Part shown: piece by piece, positions 41,620-54,669 of the stretch
Position numbering within the stretch: position 1 is the first letter of the stretch
How the letters are laid out: each line of letters opens with the position of its first letter
Assembly (NCBI RefSeq): GCF_009914755.1
Contig: NC_060926.1
Strand: one strand, 5' to 3'
From: the human T2T-CHM13v2.0 reference genome, Homo sapiens
Length of the DNA stretch: 64,000 nucleotides
The notes under the pieces: model-generated
Databases searched by the model: none
What the model was told of the DNA's origin: nothing
What the model saw: only the letters and a program-made list of their open reading frames with translations
Program-made: the position numbers and the translations under genes

Positions 41620-43380
41620 TAAAAAGCAAGTTCTAAAGGCTCTAGAGTAACCAAAATAATTTTGCAGGTGGTGGGGAGAAGGGGGGAGAACATATTTACA
41701 GGACTCAACCTGATTTTAGGACTTACTATAACTACAGTAGTCTCAAGATAGTGTAGAATTGGCAAAAAGAGACATAAATGTAATAAAATAAAGAGTCCAG
41801 AAATAGACCCACACATGCTTGGTCAAATGATTTTAAACAAAGGTACCAAAATAATTCAGTGGAGATAGACAGTCTTTTCAACAAATGTTTCTGAAACTAT
41901 TAGACATTTGTAAGCAAAAAAAAAGAACGAAAACTACCCATACATTGCACCACATAGAAAGAGACGATCTTAAAATGGGTCAAAGACCTTCATGTCAAAC
42001 CTTAAATGATACATGAGAAAACAAGAGGGGATTTTTGTGGCCTTGGGTTAGGCAAAGATCTCTCAGATAGGACACAAAAAGTACAAACCATAAAAGAAAA
42101 AATGGACCAATCAGACTTCATTGGTCTCTAAAACCTGTCCTTTGAAAGACCTTGTTAAGAAAAGGAAGGGCTGGGCACGGTGGCTGATGCATGTAGTCCT
42201 AGCACTTTGAGAGGCCAAGGTGGGCAGATTTCTTGAGCCCAGGAATTTGAGACCAGCCTGGGCAACATGGTGAAACCCCACCTCTATTAAAAATAAGAAT
42301 TACTTCAGTGTGGTGGCACATGCCTGTAGTCCCAGCTACTCAGGAGGCTGAGGTGGGAGGATTGCTTGAGCCTGGGAGGCGGAGGTTGCAAGGAGCCGAG
42401 ATCACAAGTTTGCACCACTGCATTCCAGCCTAGGTGACAGAGTGAGACCCTGTCTCAAAAAAAATGAAGAAAGAAAAGAGAAAGAGAGAAAAAGAAAAAA
42501 AAAAAAGAAAGGGAAAGGAGAAGCCACAGATTGGGAGAAAATATTTGCAAATCGCATATCAAGTAAGGGATTTGAATTTGAATCAGAAATATGGAAAAAC
42601 AACCTCAGAACTCATTTGAATAGACATTTCATCAAAGAAGAGGCATGGATAGCAAATAGCATATGAAAAGATGTTCAACACCATTAATCATTATAAAAAT
42701 GCAAATTAAAACCAAAATGTGATACCACTGCACGCTTATTAGAATAGCTAAAACCTAAATCACCAATGATATACCAAGAACTGACAAGGATGCAAGCAAC
42801 TGGAAGCCTCATTTATTGCTGATGGGAATGCAATGGTACACCTCTTCTGGAAAACACTTTGGCAGCATCTTCTAAAGTTTAACACGCACTTACCACATGA
42901 CCCAGCAATCCCAGGAAATCCTAGTTATTTACTCAAGAGAAATGAAAACATGTCCACTTAAAGACCTGTATGTGAACACTTACAGAAGCTTTATTCATAA
43001 TCACCAGACACTGGAAACAAACCAAATGTCATCAGTTAGTGAAAGGACAAATTGTCATCTAGCCATACAATGGATACTATTCAGCAATAATAAGAAACAA
43101 ACAATTGATACATGAAACGACATGGATGTATCTCAAAAGCATTATGTTCAGTGGAAAATGCACATGTATGACGTTCTAGAAAAATGCAAAACTATAGTGA
43201 TGGAAATCAGACCAGTGGCTGCCAGGGACTGGGGCCGGGGAGAGGTTTACTACAACGGGGCATGAGGAAATGTATAGGGATGATTGCGGTGGTGTTACAC
43301 ACCTATGTGTCAAAATGCATAGAAATGAATGCCAAGAAGAGTGAATTTTACTGTATGTAAATTATATCTTAATTTTAAAA
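41620..43380 (+). mobile_element. Old L1M fragment (ORF2 3' part + 3'UTR), interrupted by an Alu
   Basis: gagtccagaaatagacccacac, ATDWEKIFAN peptide, and L1M 3'UTR ending gtatgtaaattatatctt. Confidence 0.82.
42169..42510 (+). mobile_element. AluJ-like inside L1M
   Basis: Dimeric Alu with a long (A/G) tail. Confidence 0.88.
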
Positions 43381-44787
43381 ATAGTTATGAAATGAAAAGG
43401 GTCTGGGAATCCTTTGTAGAAGAAGCAATACAGCTAGTCAATTGGAAGCTAAAGATTTTCGTGTTCTTTTCATTGTTCCCGTATTGCATTTTCCCTTTCT
43501 AAAGTAATATACCTCGGACATATTTGACTTTTTGTCCTATTCTAATACATTCTATTGTGCTTGAAAATTAACCACAAGGTTTTGCTCCAAATGACATAGT
43601 GCAGAAATCTGACTTCAACGCGGTGGGATACTAGGAGTAATGGTAATTCAGCCATCCTCCACTCAGCCCCCATCAGCCCATTGCTACAGACTCTTCGCTT
43701 CAGTCGTCTCATGGAAAAGAAGGACTAGATACTTTTCTTCTCTTGTGATTTCTTCCACCACAGAATGTCTTCCATAAAGGAGTTTTAATCTGCCTCCGAA
43801 ACCCAAAATGTAATTACAAATGCTCCTTTATATTAACTACAAGGACCAGATAAGTACCAGTGTTGAAATTCTAAAGGACCTGCTTGCTTTCAGGAACTGT
43901 GAGCAAAAGATAGCAGACACGTTTCTATTTCCAAGCGCCTTTCTTTCAAGTACAGTGATTTCATTTCTCAAATCCTGTTTTTCAAAAGCCCCGTGCCTTT
44001 TCTTTTCTCTTTAAGAAAGAAATACCTTAACATTACACAAACCCAAAGCCTCCATACAGAAACTAAAACTTCCAGAATGGAACCGCAACCCTCTGGTTCC
44101 CTTTTCCCTCTGGTGCTCACTTTGAAAGTCACAAACCATGGAGCAGTCTGAGGCACAGCAGTACAGTAAGAGTAATGACCCCATACTCAAAGCCACCATG
44201 CCTGGGCTCAGATCCCCAACTCTGTCACCAAGCTATAGGACCCCAGGTAGGTTTCCTTAGCCATAAGATGGGGACTCATATTCACTTTTATCAAAATAGC
44301 AGTTTGTGTTTATAGAGGGCCAGTTCTGTGCCAGAGACCTTATTATTCACTTTCATCTTTCCAACCATCCTGTCAATGATTGAGGAAACGGGGTTTAGGA
44401 AAGCTGATAAGCCTGTAGTAACTCAGTTAAGATGCTCACCCACACCCCAAACCCCTCCAGTTAGCATTTCTTTTCCCTGCCTCACATACTTCCCTGGAAA
44501 TAAACTCTAACTATGGTGTCCAGACATGTTGGCCAAGGGCTGATATAAAAGAAAAAGTTCAGATCTATCCAGGAAGACTCTAGAGATTTAAGCAATTTGA
44601 AGACAATGACTGTACTCTTTCTGTCAGTCCCAGGGCCCTACCTGGAGCCTAGGTAGAGGTAGCCATCAAGAGGGATGGAAGAGAACAAGAGGAAAAGGGA
44701 AAAGGGAGAGGAGCCTTGGGCCAAGTCCAATAAATAAAAATGAAAAAATAAACTCTTTCCACCAATGTTTACGGAAATATTTAGGAG

Positions 44788-45553
44788 AGGGTCAGCCAAC
44801 TTCTTCCTTTATCAAGGGCCATATAATAAGTATTTTTGGGCCGGACACAGTGGCTCATGCCTGTAATTCCAACACACTGGGAGGCTGAGATGGGTGGATC
44901 ACTTGAGCACAGGAGTTCAAGACTAGCCTGACCAACATAGCAAAACCTCATCTCTAGTAAAAATACAAAAAAAAAAAAAAAAAATTAGCCGAATGTGGTG
45001 GCACACACCTATAACTTCAGCTACTCAGGTGGCTGAGGCACAAGAATCGCTTGAATATGAGAGGTGGAGGCAGCAGTGAGCCGAGATCACACCACTGCAC
45101 TACAGCCTGGGTGACAGAGCAAGACTCCATCTCAACAAATAAAGAAATATTTTCAGCTTTGTGAGCCATGCTGTCTCTTGCAACTCCTCCCCTCTGCCAC
45201 TGGAACATGTAAGCAGCCACAGACAACACTTACGCAAACGTATGTGGCTGTGCTCAAAACAACCTTATCCTTGGCCACTGAAATCTGGATTTCATATAAC
45301 TTTCATGCAATGTGAGTTTTTTTTAATGTAGAGGCAAGGTTTCAGTATGTTGCCCAGGCTATTCTTGAATTCCTGGGCTCAAGCGATCCTCCCACCTTGG
45401 CCTCCCAAAGGGCTGGGATTACAGGTGTAAGCCGCCACACCCGGCCCAGATATTAGTTTGGTTTTGATTTTTTTTTGACCACTTAAAAATGTTAAAACCA
45501 TTCTTAGTTGGTAGAAAGAATGGGGATGAGAACTGTGCTTTGGCCACCCTTGA
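44788..45553 (+). mobile_element. MER58B-like hAT element interrupted by an Alu (+, 44839-45143) and a FLAM (-, 45317-45446)
   Basis: gggtcagccaac...aagggcc...tattttcagctttgtgagcca...aagcagccacagacaa...aaaaatgttaaaaccattcttag is the MER58 pattern, split by two Alu-family inserts. Confidence 0.75.
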
Positions 45554-45902
<349 letters not shown>

Positions 45903-46819
45903 ACAGAAAAGTATTGTTAAAAGAAAGCTTTATTAGAAATATTAAAAGCTAGAGCTACTGCAAAGCATTTATTGAAAAATATTCTGCACTTCCCAGAACA
46001 GACCTGGCACAAGGGAAATGATTAAACAGATTAAATGTCTTCATGTGCTTTCCTTCTCCTAAACACAATCCCTCCTCATATGCCCTGGATCTACTCCACA
46101 AGGCCCAGTGCCCTCCTGGTGCCCACAGCTGCACCCCACTAAACCTGTCATTTATTCAACAGTATTACGTAGAGCCTACTGTATGTAGCCCCAGTGCTGG
46201 GTTCCCATGCAACTGGGGGAGAAGAGAGCAGAGATTCTGAGAGCTCTTCCTCTCAAAGACAACTGCTCTAAGATGCACATGGTGATTATTGACTGAAGGT
46301 AGGTTAGTGTGTTCAAATAAAACATGAGGAGTGATTCCCTAATAGTCTAGACTGCCAGCTCATGCTCTCTTCACTGTTTTCTTATTGTTCTTTGCACTCA
46401 CTGGGTGAGAAGGACAGAGGAGGAATTAACAGAAGTGAGCACCTTTTATCTGGTGTCTCTCTGATGGGCCAGGCACTGGGCTAGACACTTCTAAGCCATA
46501 GCAACTTTCAAGGTTGGCATCAGGATCCCATTTTCACAGATGATAAAACCAAGCCTCAGAGAAAGGAGTCACTTACCCAAGGACACCCAGAGCCAGATTC
46601 TAACCCAGGCCTGACTCCCACATTTGGACTCTTTCCATTCTAAGTTCACTTTGAGATGCAAAATCTATACCATTTGAGGAGGGTGTGGACCAGGAGTTTC
46701 CAGGCTGTGAGCCTGGCTGCCCTTCAGGCAGGAGTGACCAAAGCAGGTGCAACTGTCGTTTTTCTCTGCCACATGCTATACACTGAACAGGCTATGAAGG
46801 AAGATGATAAGAGTCTAGC

Positions 46820-47000
46820 AGGAGCTTCTCAACCCTAGTCATACAGTAGAATCACCTGGGGAGCACTTAAAAAGTACCAGTGCCAGGCCCCACCCTAGGC
46901 CAATTAAATCAGAATCTGGGGGACAGGGGAACCGTAGGACCCACTCATTTTTGTTCAAGCTGCCAGGTCAGTCTAATACACTGCCAGGGCTGAGCACTAA
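46820..47000. mobile_element. MER5A-like hAT MITE
   Basis: cttctcaaccct...agaatcacctggggagcacttaaaaagtaccagtgccaggccccaccctaggccaattaaatcagaatct. Confidence 0.65.
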
Positions 47001-49542
47001 TGTGGGGAAGCAGAGGAAGGGGTAAATATAAAGAAATTCTGTCTGCAAACCTTTGCCACATTGTCGGGTTTTCTGTTTGGTGGGGGCAGGATTCTGCAGT
47101 CACTGCCTCTGGGTTAAGCAGCTCTGACCACAGCTGCCTACTGAATTGATAAGGATATCTAAAAATACAACCCTGGCATTCAGCTTTCTGACTCAAATAC
47201 CCTTCAAATTCAGACTAGGTTTTCTTTCTTGTTTGATGCTTATCAAATGAGAGCATAAACAAAACCATTTTTGATGGTACCATGTCACATGAGAAGCTTA
47301 AGCAAAGAAGCTAAAGACAGGAACACGTTTTTGTGAGGTGGCCAAGCTGAGAAGAGTGATGCCTCCTAAGAATGCAGCAAGAATGCAGTGCACGAAACAG
47401 GCAAATCATTCTGCTTTAATAACACCAAGAAAACATCAAGTTTCCTGCTTTTCTTAACATTCTTACAAAAATTTCGACAAGTTTTTGTTCTTTCATTTCA
47501 AAAGAAAACTTCAAGTCACTGAGAATTTTCTAAGAAATCATTTATTTCAGAATAAAAAGTACACATTTATAAAAAGTTTAATACAATTAAATTTTCATTT
47601 TCAAAACATGTCATAACATAATTCATCCTAGTAGAGAGAAAAAGCTGTGTCTGTTCATTGAAGGAAGACAATCAAACACACTGAATAAACTAATATAATC
47701 ATTTTATATGGGGAAAACTACAATCCTTTTCTTAGTATATCTTTTATTTTTGCAACGTGTTACCTTTTTTCAAAATGTTTTAAACTTCATTCTTGCATAC
47801 TTCTTTACACTTTTAAAAAGAACTTTACTATGTTCTTATTTGTGAGTTACATCATTTCTATAAAGAAAACAAGATAAGCATTGTTAGTCCATGTTAGAGA
47901 TATGAACATTGAGGTTCAAGGATGTTCAATAATTATCCCAAAGTCACAAGAAGTTCATAGAAAAGCCAGAGAAAGAAGCAATGTCTCTTTACATCTCAGC
48001 TACTATTCAACATTTTGTACATACTACAATGTGAGTTTGTGTGTGTCTGTGTGTGTGTGTGTGTTTGTGTGTAAAGTCCAGTAACAAAGACTGATGTAGT
48101 ACAAAGAACTAGAATTCTTTGTTAGCAAACCTCAGTCAAAAATAGGTTCCTCTGAAGCAGACCACTGTTTCAAGTTAGCATGGTTAATCAGAAGAAAGGA
48201 TTATAAAATCAGTTTAATAAGTAAATTTAACTTGCATGAAAAGCAGCCACACATGTCCCCTTTTTACTCCAAGTGCAGAAATTAACACATTGTTATTATA
48301 ATCCTGAAGGATAGGATCCTTAGGGAACATGTAACGAAAAAACAAACAGGTATCTGACTGCTTAAATATTAGGCAAATAATTATTTTATGAAAATAAAAT
48401 AAGCTTTACAAACAAAGTAATACAAATGTAAATAGCCCCTTCTTTGACGGACAGCCCAATAGAAGGAGTTTCTGTATCACTCACCACAAAAGAAAAATTG
48501 GCCCAGCCACTGCCACCTCTGATACCTGCCTGCTTCCCCAAATGAACCAGAACAAGCAAGAGCGGCCTCAATTTCTAATCAGTTGAAGTTTTTTCAAACC
48601 TATCAGAAACATTTTTTTTATGTAGTGTCCATTTGCTTGCCATCATGGTAAAAATAACTTCAGCTAGGACCCAGAATTCTAACTCTAAGGTGAAGGTTCC
48701 TGGTTAGCATGTGGCATAAGGAGAATCTGTGTCTTTGTCACCTCTGTGCCTTTTTATTCCAGCTGAGCACACTCATACAAGCTCATTTAGAGCAAGACTG
48801 GACTCAGAAATTTCTTTATCCCCTTTTTAATGATAAAACTCAAGGAGGTTATAGCTCTTGCTCCCTATTGTAACTATGACAGGTCCAGGGCTGGATTTTC
48901 ATCTAGGCACTCTTTAGATTCTATAGCCCTGTATCAAGCCAGCCTGGCTGGCTCAAATTCCAGTTCCAGTTCTCACACTTACTAGCAGTGTGACATTGGG
49001 ACAGTCACTTCACTTTTCTGTACTTCATCTATAAAATGGGAGTAGGGACAGCACCCAGCTCATAGGACATTGCAAGGATCAGCAAGTTATGTCTGCAAAG
49101 TCCTTGGAACAGTGCAGGCACGTGGCAAGTGCTTAAAAGGAGGGTAAGCTACCATCATCATCATCATTACGTATCTACAAATTAGATTTTCATATACAGT
49201 TTTAAAATCAGCTGAATTTCTCATGATTTAAGATGTTTGCATGTGTTAGAGGACTTTCAGGGCAGTATCAAAATGTGACCTTGGATTAGTCACTCAATCA
49301 AAATGAGCTTCATTTTCTGCATTTGACTAAAAGAGATGATGATTAGCTCGATCTAGTTAAGGTAATGAGCATTTGAAATATGTGCAGAAAGTTTACAAAG
49401 AAAGAAATGTCACAGGTGCTCAGTGATTTACAGCACTTAATTAATTTAATCCTTCCCAGAACCTTAGTGTGAACATCCCACAGAGACAGGATGGACACCC
49501 ACTCAAAATTTGGTTTGGACCCTGAGACTGAAAATGGCATGC

Positions 49543-49547
49543 ATACA

Positions 49548-49588
<41 letters not shown>
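49543..49588. repeat. (CA)n microsatellite, ~3 kb into intron 1
   Basis: Directly visible. Confidence 0.93.
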
Positions 49589-49591
<3 letters not shown>

Positions 49592-52500
49592 ATACAAAAA
49601 GGTTTACTGCTGACATAATGGGGCTCTCTGGGGAGAGCAGGCAGCTCCCAAATGGGTTTAAATGGCTTCTGAGAACAGGGAAAGGAGACTGGCTTGTGGG
49701 TTTTGCTGCATTTTGGGGTTGGGGCTGGAGTAGCACAGGGCAGGAGTTTGCATGGTTTGAACCTCCCACCAGCACCAAAGGAGGGAACCCCTGGGCTTTC
49801 TTATCAGCTTGTTTTGATGTGGAGGAAAAGAGGAAGGGGAGAGGTGAGGCTTTAAAGCTGTCAGCAGCAATCAGACATCAAGGAATGGAATCACTATCTT
49901 CATGAGGTAGGTCCCATAGATCCCATCGTTGAAGATGAGGAAATAAGACCCAGTAGTTTTAACTTCAGCTTGACTTCAAACCCACACGACCTACAATTCC
50001 CAAATCCTAGGAGTTTCCATGACTCAGGTGACAAAAGAAGCATGTCCTAGACCCCATTGACTTACGCAAACTCAATCAGCCAACCACAGAAAAGCTAAAG
50101 ACATCCTTTTTTAAAAAAGCCTAAAGACAGCCATTTTAATCCTAATTCGTAGTTTATGATTTTCTCAAAATTTCCCCACACACAGAAAGAAACTTCAAGG
50201 TTAGGTTCTAATGTTACCATTGCTAACACTATTGTCTTTGGAGAAGGAGGAGTGACGCTCTGTTAAAAGATCCTCTTTACATCCAGGTAAAATTCCATTT
50301 CCAATTTATCCAGTGAGCACAAGGTTCTATTTCAGCAACCACATAGTCTGCAGTGGCTAAGATCCAATTTCCTTATCTGTAATTGAGTATGTGTAGTTTC
50401 TCTCTCCCTCTCTCCCCTCCCCTCCCCACCACCCCAGGTTTAACTTCTCTTCTGAAATTGTCTTTTGTGTTCTTTGCTGTTCCCATGAAAAATGAGTCTC
50501 AAGTCTTACTGCGAGATCATGAACGATTAAATTAAAATCATCAGGAATCCATTTTTATGGATTGTAAGGCCCTGAATCATCTCAGTAAGTTTTTCTGGGT
50601 AACCAAGTCCAATCAAGTTCCAAGTTCACTAAGCTTTCCTATGAGGATTACAGTAACTTCACCGCTCTCTCCAACTCACACACCAGGGCATGCAGTATTG
50701 CTTCTGCTCAGGTGGATGGTGTTCACACAGCTAAGCCTACCTCCAATGGGAGCTACAAAAGAAATCTGAATCTGTTTTGATCCAGTTGGTCCTGCAATGT
50801 TATGTATTAGTTCCTGACTCTTCGGAATGAATTATATTATACATCAAGTCACTACTTAGGACAAATCAAAATATTTATGTTTCGCTGTTAGTCATCTTTA
50901 GGTGGCACTAAAGAGCTCTTTTTCTTGAAGATGTCTTATATCTGTTTTTAGAGTCACCAAAAACCATCTCAGAGTTGTGTTAAATTCCCAGTGAGTCTTT
51001 CTTCTCATGTAAATCGATGGGCACTCTAACCTACCTTCTCCCATCCATTCCCACTAAACCCTAGGTCCAAATCAACTATTTCTTTGAAGGATAAAATTCA
51101 GACGTGTGAATATAACAGCAGTTTGATGGACACACTCAGACAATTCATTTCTTCAGGAAAAGTCATATAAATCATCAATCCACAGGGAAAATTAGCGTGA
51201 GTGCATTCCTTGGTTTTTGATTTGCAGTTATTTTGACTTTTGCAAAAGCAAGATTTTGTTCTAATGGTTAGAATGGCTCCAACAGGCATTTCCCCCAAGA
51301 AGCTATCATGTCCCAAATCTACTCCTGAGGCTCACATCACACAAATTCTTCCTCCTCCTCATCACCTCCCTTCAAGTAACTAAAGCTTATTGTAACCAGT
51401 AAACAAAGAGGAAGAGCACAGTGTTGAAAAGATAGATTCAGTTTGCTAATTTGCTATTAAATGAAATAAAAAGATTCTAGATAAATGCAAAAAAATCTGG
51501 CTGTCAAGGTCAAGTTTCTCAATCCCATTTACCTCTAAAAAATGTAAAACCTGTCATAATGAAAGGGCAGCCTTTTTCCCCATTGAAAGAACCTATTTGA
51601 GCATTCTCAAAGTAACTCTCCAATCATTGTTATCAAATTTATATGAAACAAACTCCTCCACCCTAAATGTAAGGAAGATAGTATCTGATCCCAAATATCG
51701 TCCATATTCATGTGGTTTAATGTAATCATTTCAGATAACTTCATTATTTGCCCTACCCTGCAATACAGGTTTGGGGATTTTCTACCCGTACACACAGTCC
51801 TACCAAATTGCCTACTGGAAATGTTGATGTTAATAGGTTTCACAGAGCTTTAACGGACTTGTAAAAGCCCCAGATATTATTTTCTGCCAAATTCTCCTGA
51901 AAACCCCAAATTCACGGGCGGCTGCTGGCTACATCCCATCGTCCCATCCCTCGCACCGCCCCCACGCTTTCTGGCGGCTTCCCGGTGCCCTGCTCACGCC
52001 CCGGCTGCCAGCCCCAAGCGTGCGCCCCGTGGAGCGTCCGGCAGGAAGGGCGGCCCTGCCAGCGCCACGTACAATGCCCCCTCGAATGCCTCCGACTGTT
52101 CCAACACTGCTCCTAAGCTTAGAGAGGGCTGGTCGCAGGCCGAGGGGAGGCAGCTGCCCTCCTCGTCCTCTGGCTGCTTTGTCACAGCCCTCAAGGGCGT
52201 AGGAAGAGAAGGAGAAAGTGCCCCACCACCTGGCACGGGGCCCACCATCACCTGCCTCCCACACCGCACACCCTTTACACACACAGGGTCCAGCCGGACG
52301 TGGAGCGTGGACCACCTGGACATTGAACACCTCGCCGGGGACGCTCGGAGCCGGCTCCTCCGCGCTGCCAAGGCGGGCACCGCTCAAGTGGTTCTTGGCT
52401 CGGCCCGGCCTGGAGGGGCGCGCCACTCAGTGGCCAACCGGAGCGTCTAGAGCCCCGCGCGAGAAGTGCCGAGCCCCGGAGCGGCACACCCCGAGAGCCC

Positions 52501-52715
52501 GGCTGGCCCCGCCCGGGAACCAGGGCGGGTAAGGGAATCAGGGTCGGCCCGGGGGTCCGCGTCCACGCGGGCCAAGAGACTGGATCCATCTTCTTCCCAA
52601 AGTGGGAAAGCCTGTGTCAGGCGTGCCCATTGTCGGGCAGCAGCAGCAGGGCCGGCGGGAAGAGGCTGCTGGTCCCGGACCAGCGCCCCGCACCGCGCCC
52701 GCCGCTTCCACTCAC

Positions 52716-52991
52716 CTGGCAGTTGGCGCCGGAGATCCCGGCGGGGCAGGTGCAGCTGTAGCCAGGCTCGCCGGCGGGGGCCGGGTGCTGCGGGTCCGGC
52801 TCAGGGCGCGAGGTGCACACACCCCCATTCCGGCAGGGCTGCGCGGCGCACGGCCCGGGCGCAGACAGGGGCGCGGCGGGCACCGGGTTGGCCAGGGAGC
52901 TGCCTCGGGGCCCCGCTCCGAGCAGCAGCAGCAGCAGGGCCAGCGCGGGCAGCAGCTGCGCACCGGGCGCCTGGGCGCGGCGGGGCTGCAT
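52716..52991 (-). CDS. DNER: DNER coding exon 1 (92 codons: signal peptide + EGF-like repeat 1)
   Basis: GGCCGGCC-ATG at 52991 translates to MQPRRAQAPGAQLLPALALLLLLLGAGPRGSSLANPVPAAPLSAPGPCAAQPCRNGGVCTSRPEPDPQHPAPAGEPGYSCTCPAGISGANCQ, which I recognise as the human DNER N-terminus. It has a hydrophobic Leu-rich signal peptide and a 6-Cys EGF pattern, and ends at a canonical donor CAG|GTGAGT (GT at 52715-52714), phase 0. Confidence 0.97.
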
Positions 52992-53135
52992 GGCCGGCCG
53001 GGAGGGCGCGGGAGCCGGAGCCAGGACGCAGTGACGGCGGCGGCGGTGGCAGTGGCGACGAGAGCTGCGAGAGCGACGGTGGCGGCTAGGGCTGCTCCGC
53101 CGGGCCGGGCGCCTCCTGCAGCTGCGGGATCCGCG

Positions 53136-53149
53136 GTTCCCCGGGCAAC
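53136..53149. promoter_or_regulatory. RFX X-box motif near the likely TSS
   Basis: GTTCCCCGGGCAAC fits the palindromic X-box consensus GTTNCC-NN-GGYAAC. Confidence 0.55.
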
Positions 53150-53150
53150 G

Positions 53151-53202
53151 GCGGGCGGGGCCTGCGGGGCGGGGCGGGGCGGGGCGAGCGGGGGGCGGGG
53201 CG
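53151..53202. promoter_or_regulatory. Tandem GC boxes (Sp/KLF) of the TATA-less DNER core promoter; G-quadruplex-prone
   Basis: gcgggcggggcctgcggggcggggcggggcggggcgagcggggggcggggcg, ~160-210 bp upstream of the ATG. Confidence 0.8.
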
Positions 53203-53725
53203 CCTGGCGGCCCCGGCTCTGGAGCATCGGGGAGTGGGGCCTCTTTCCCCGCAGGGAGTTGGGATGGGGGTTGCAGGAAGACGATGCGGGACCCCATCCC
53301 CCAGGAGTGGGTCGAAGTCACGGGTGTGTCCAGAAGCAGCCCTGGTACAGGGAGCCAGGCGACGCTGGGGCAGGAAAGGGGCTGGAGAGGTCCACGAGTG
53401 AGGGAAGCGGGGCTTTGAGGGGCTTCCAGAGCCGGGAGCACCGAGTGCGCCCCAAGGCCCGGGCAGGGCAGGGCGCGGGAGGCGGCAGGGCGCCTCAAGG
53501 GAGGGGCGGCGCGCTCGCAGCAGCCACCTTTGGCCTCTTGGCGCAGAATCTGCGAGACCGCCGCGGGGCCCGGCCTTGCCTCATCCCCCGGGACTGCTCC
53601 CCTTCCCACAGCGCTTCTCCCGGCACCCCAAGCCCTCCCGCCCGGCCACGGAACCCTGCGCCCGACGCTTGCTCAGCAGCCGGGTTCGCCTGGAAGTGAC
53701 CTCGCCTCCGCCAGGCGGACCCGGG

Positions 53726-53746
53726 GCCCTTGTCCTTGGTGCTGAC
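53726..53746 (-). promoter_or_regulatory. RE1/NRSE-like (REST) element
   Basis: Minus strand GTCAGCACCAAGGACAAGGGC vs consensus TTCAGCACCNNGGACAGCGCC: intact left half, canonical 2-bp spacer, GGACA right half with a degenerate tail. Confidence 0.55.
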
Positions 53747-54653
53747 CCAGCTGTCTCATTCTCGCCGGCCCTTTCCAGAGCGCGGGGCCTTGCCGCACCA
53801 CTAAGGAACGTCTGGCCGCGCCGTGTGAGGCCGGGAAGAGGCCTTGGTGTAAGGCTGTCCACCCCTGTCGTTGAACCTAGGGGGAAACTGAGGCCCAGAA
53901 AGTCTGGATTCGAATCCAGTGGGTCAATTGACTCCCAGCCCAGAACGCCCGAAAGAACAGTTCAAAAGCCCAGGTTGGCAGAGGCGCTGCTAGCGGCAGG
54001 AATCGCAACAGGGGACTCTGCATAAAAGGAGCATTCGCTGTGACCTACTTCGGAGGGGATGGGGGGGGCGGGCTCTTCTACACGTCCTGGCTGGGCTGGC
54101 TGGTGCTGCGACCGCCAAGGAGGCTGCACTCCGCTGAATAAAGCGCATCCAGCCTTGTCTCCTCCACCTGACCTTTCACAATCTCTATTACCTGTGGGTT
54201 CCCAGGTACCTGTTACCTTCTTTTTAAGGTGGCCAAATGAAAAAAGAAAATGTGATTCCCCTGGATTGACAGTCTGGGCCAATTTTTTTTTTAGTAAACA
54301 CAAAAATAGCTTGTTTTGTTTTTTAAAAAAATTAAAGTAAGGACTCCATGTGAACTTCTGCTGTAGGTGTCACAGACGCCAGGGATTGCTAAAAGTCCTC
54401 CAGTGGAAACAGAAGGCAAACTGCACGGCTTCTCCCTGTCCTGTTCAAACGCAGAAGCAAATGTCACACTTTTCTGCTTCAGGAGATACCTAAAATTCAT
54501 GTGGCCATTGCAGGAAATCACTGAACCCCAGACAGATCTGCAAGCGGAGAATTCAGACCTCCAAGTGGATAGAGTTATTACATTTTTCCTCACACCTGCT
54601 GTCTTTCAATCTAAGACCTCTTCCTCTTGAAAATTCTTAATTTTGTGCCACGC

Positions 54654-54669
54654 CAGCACCCTCTGCTGG
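54654..54669 (-). promoter_or_regulatory. CTCF-like motif
   Basis: Minus strand CCAGCAGAGGGTGCTG, one substitution from the CTCF core CCAGCAGAGGGCGCTG; lies just outside the CpG island. Confidence 0.5.

Larger units (their letters stand above)
51900..54130. promoter_or_regulatory. CpG island covering the DNER promoter, 5'UTR, exon 1 and start of intron 1
   Basis: Abrupt rise in GC and CpG density relative to CpG-depleted flanks; edges approximate. Confidence 0.93.

Noticed and set aside
52466-53699. Long plus-strand ORFs (207 aa, 365 aa) and other ORFs over the CpG island
   Set aside because: Gly/Ala/Arg/Pro-rich low-complexity translations expected from stop-poor GC-rich DNA antisense to DNER exon 1; no recognisable domain.
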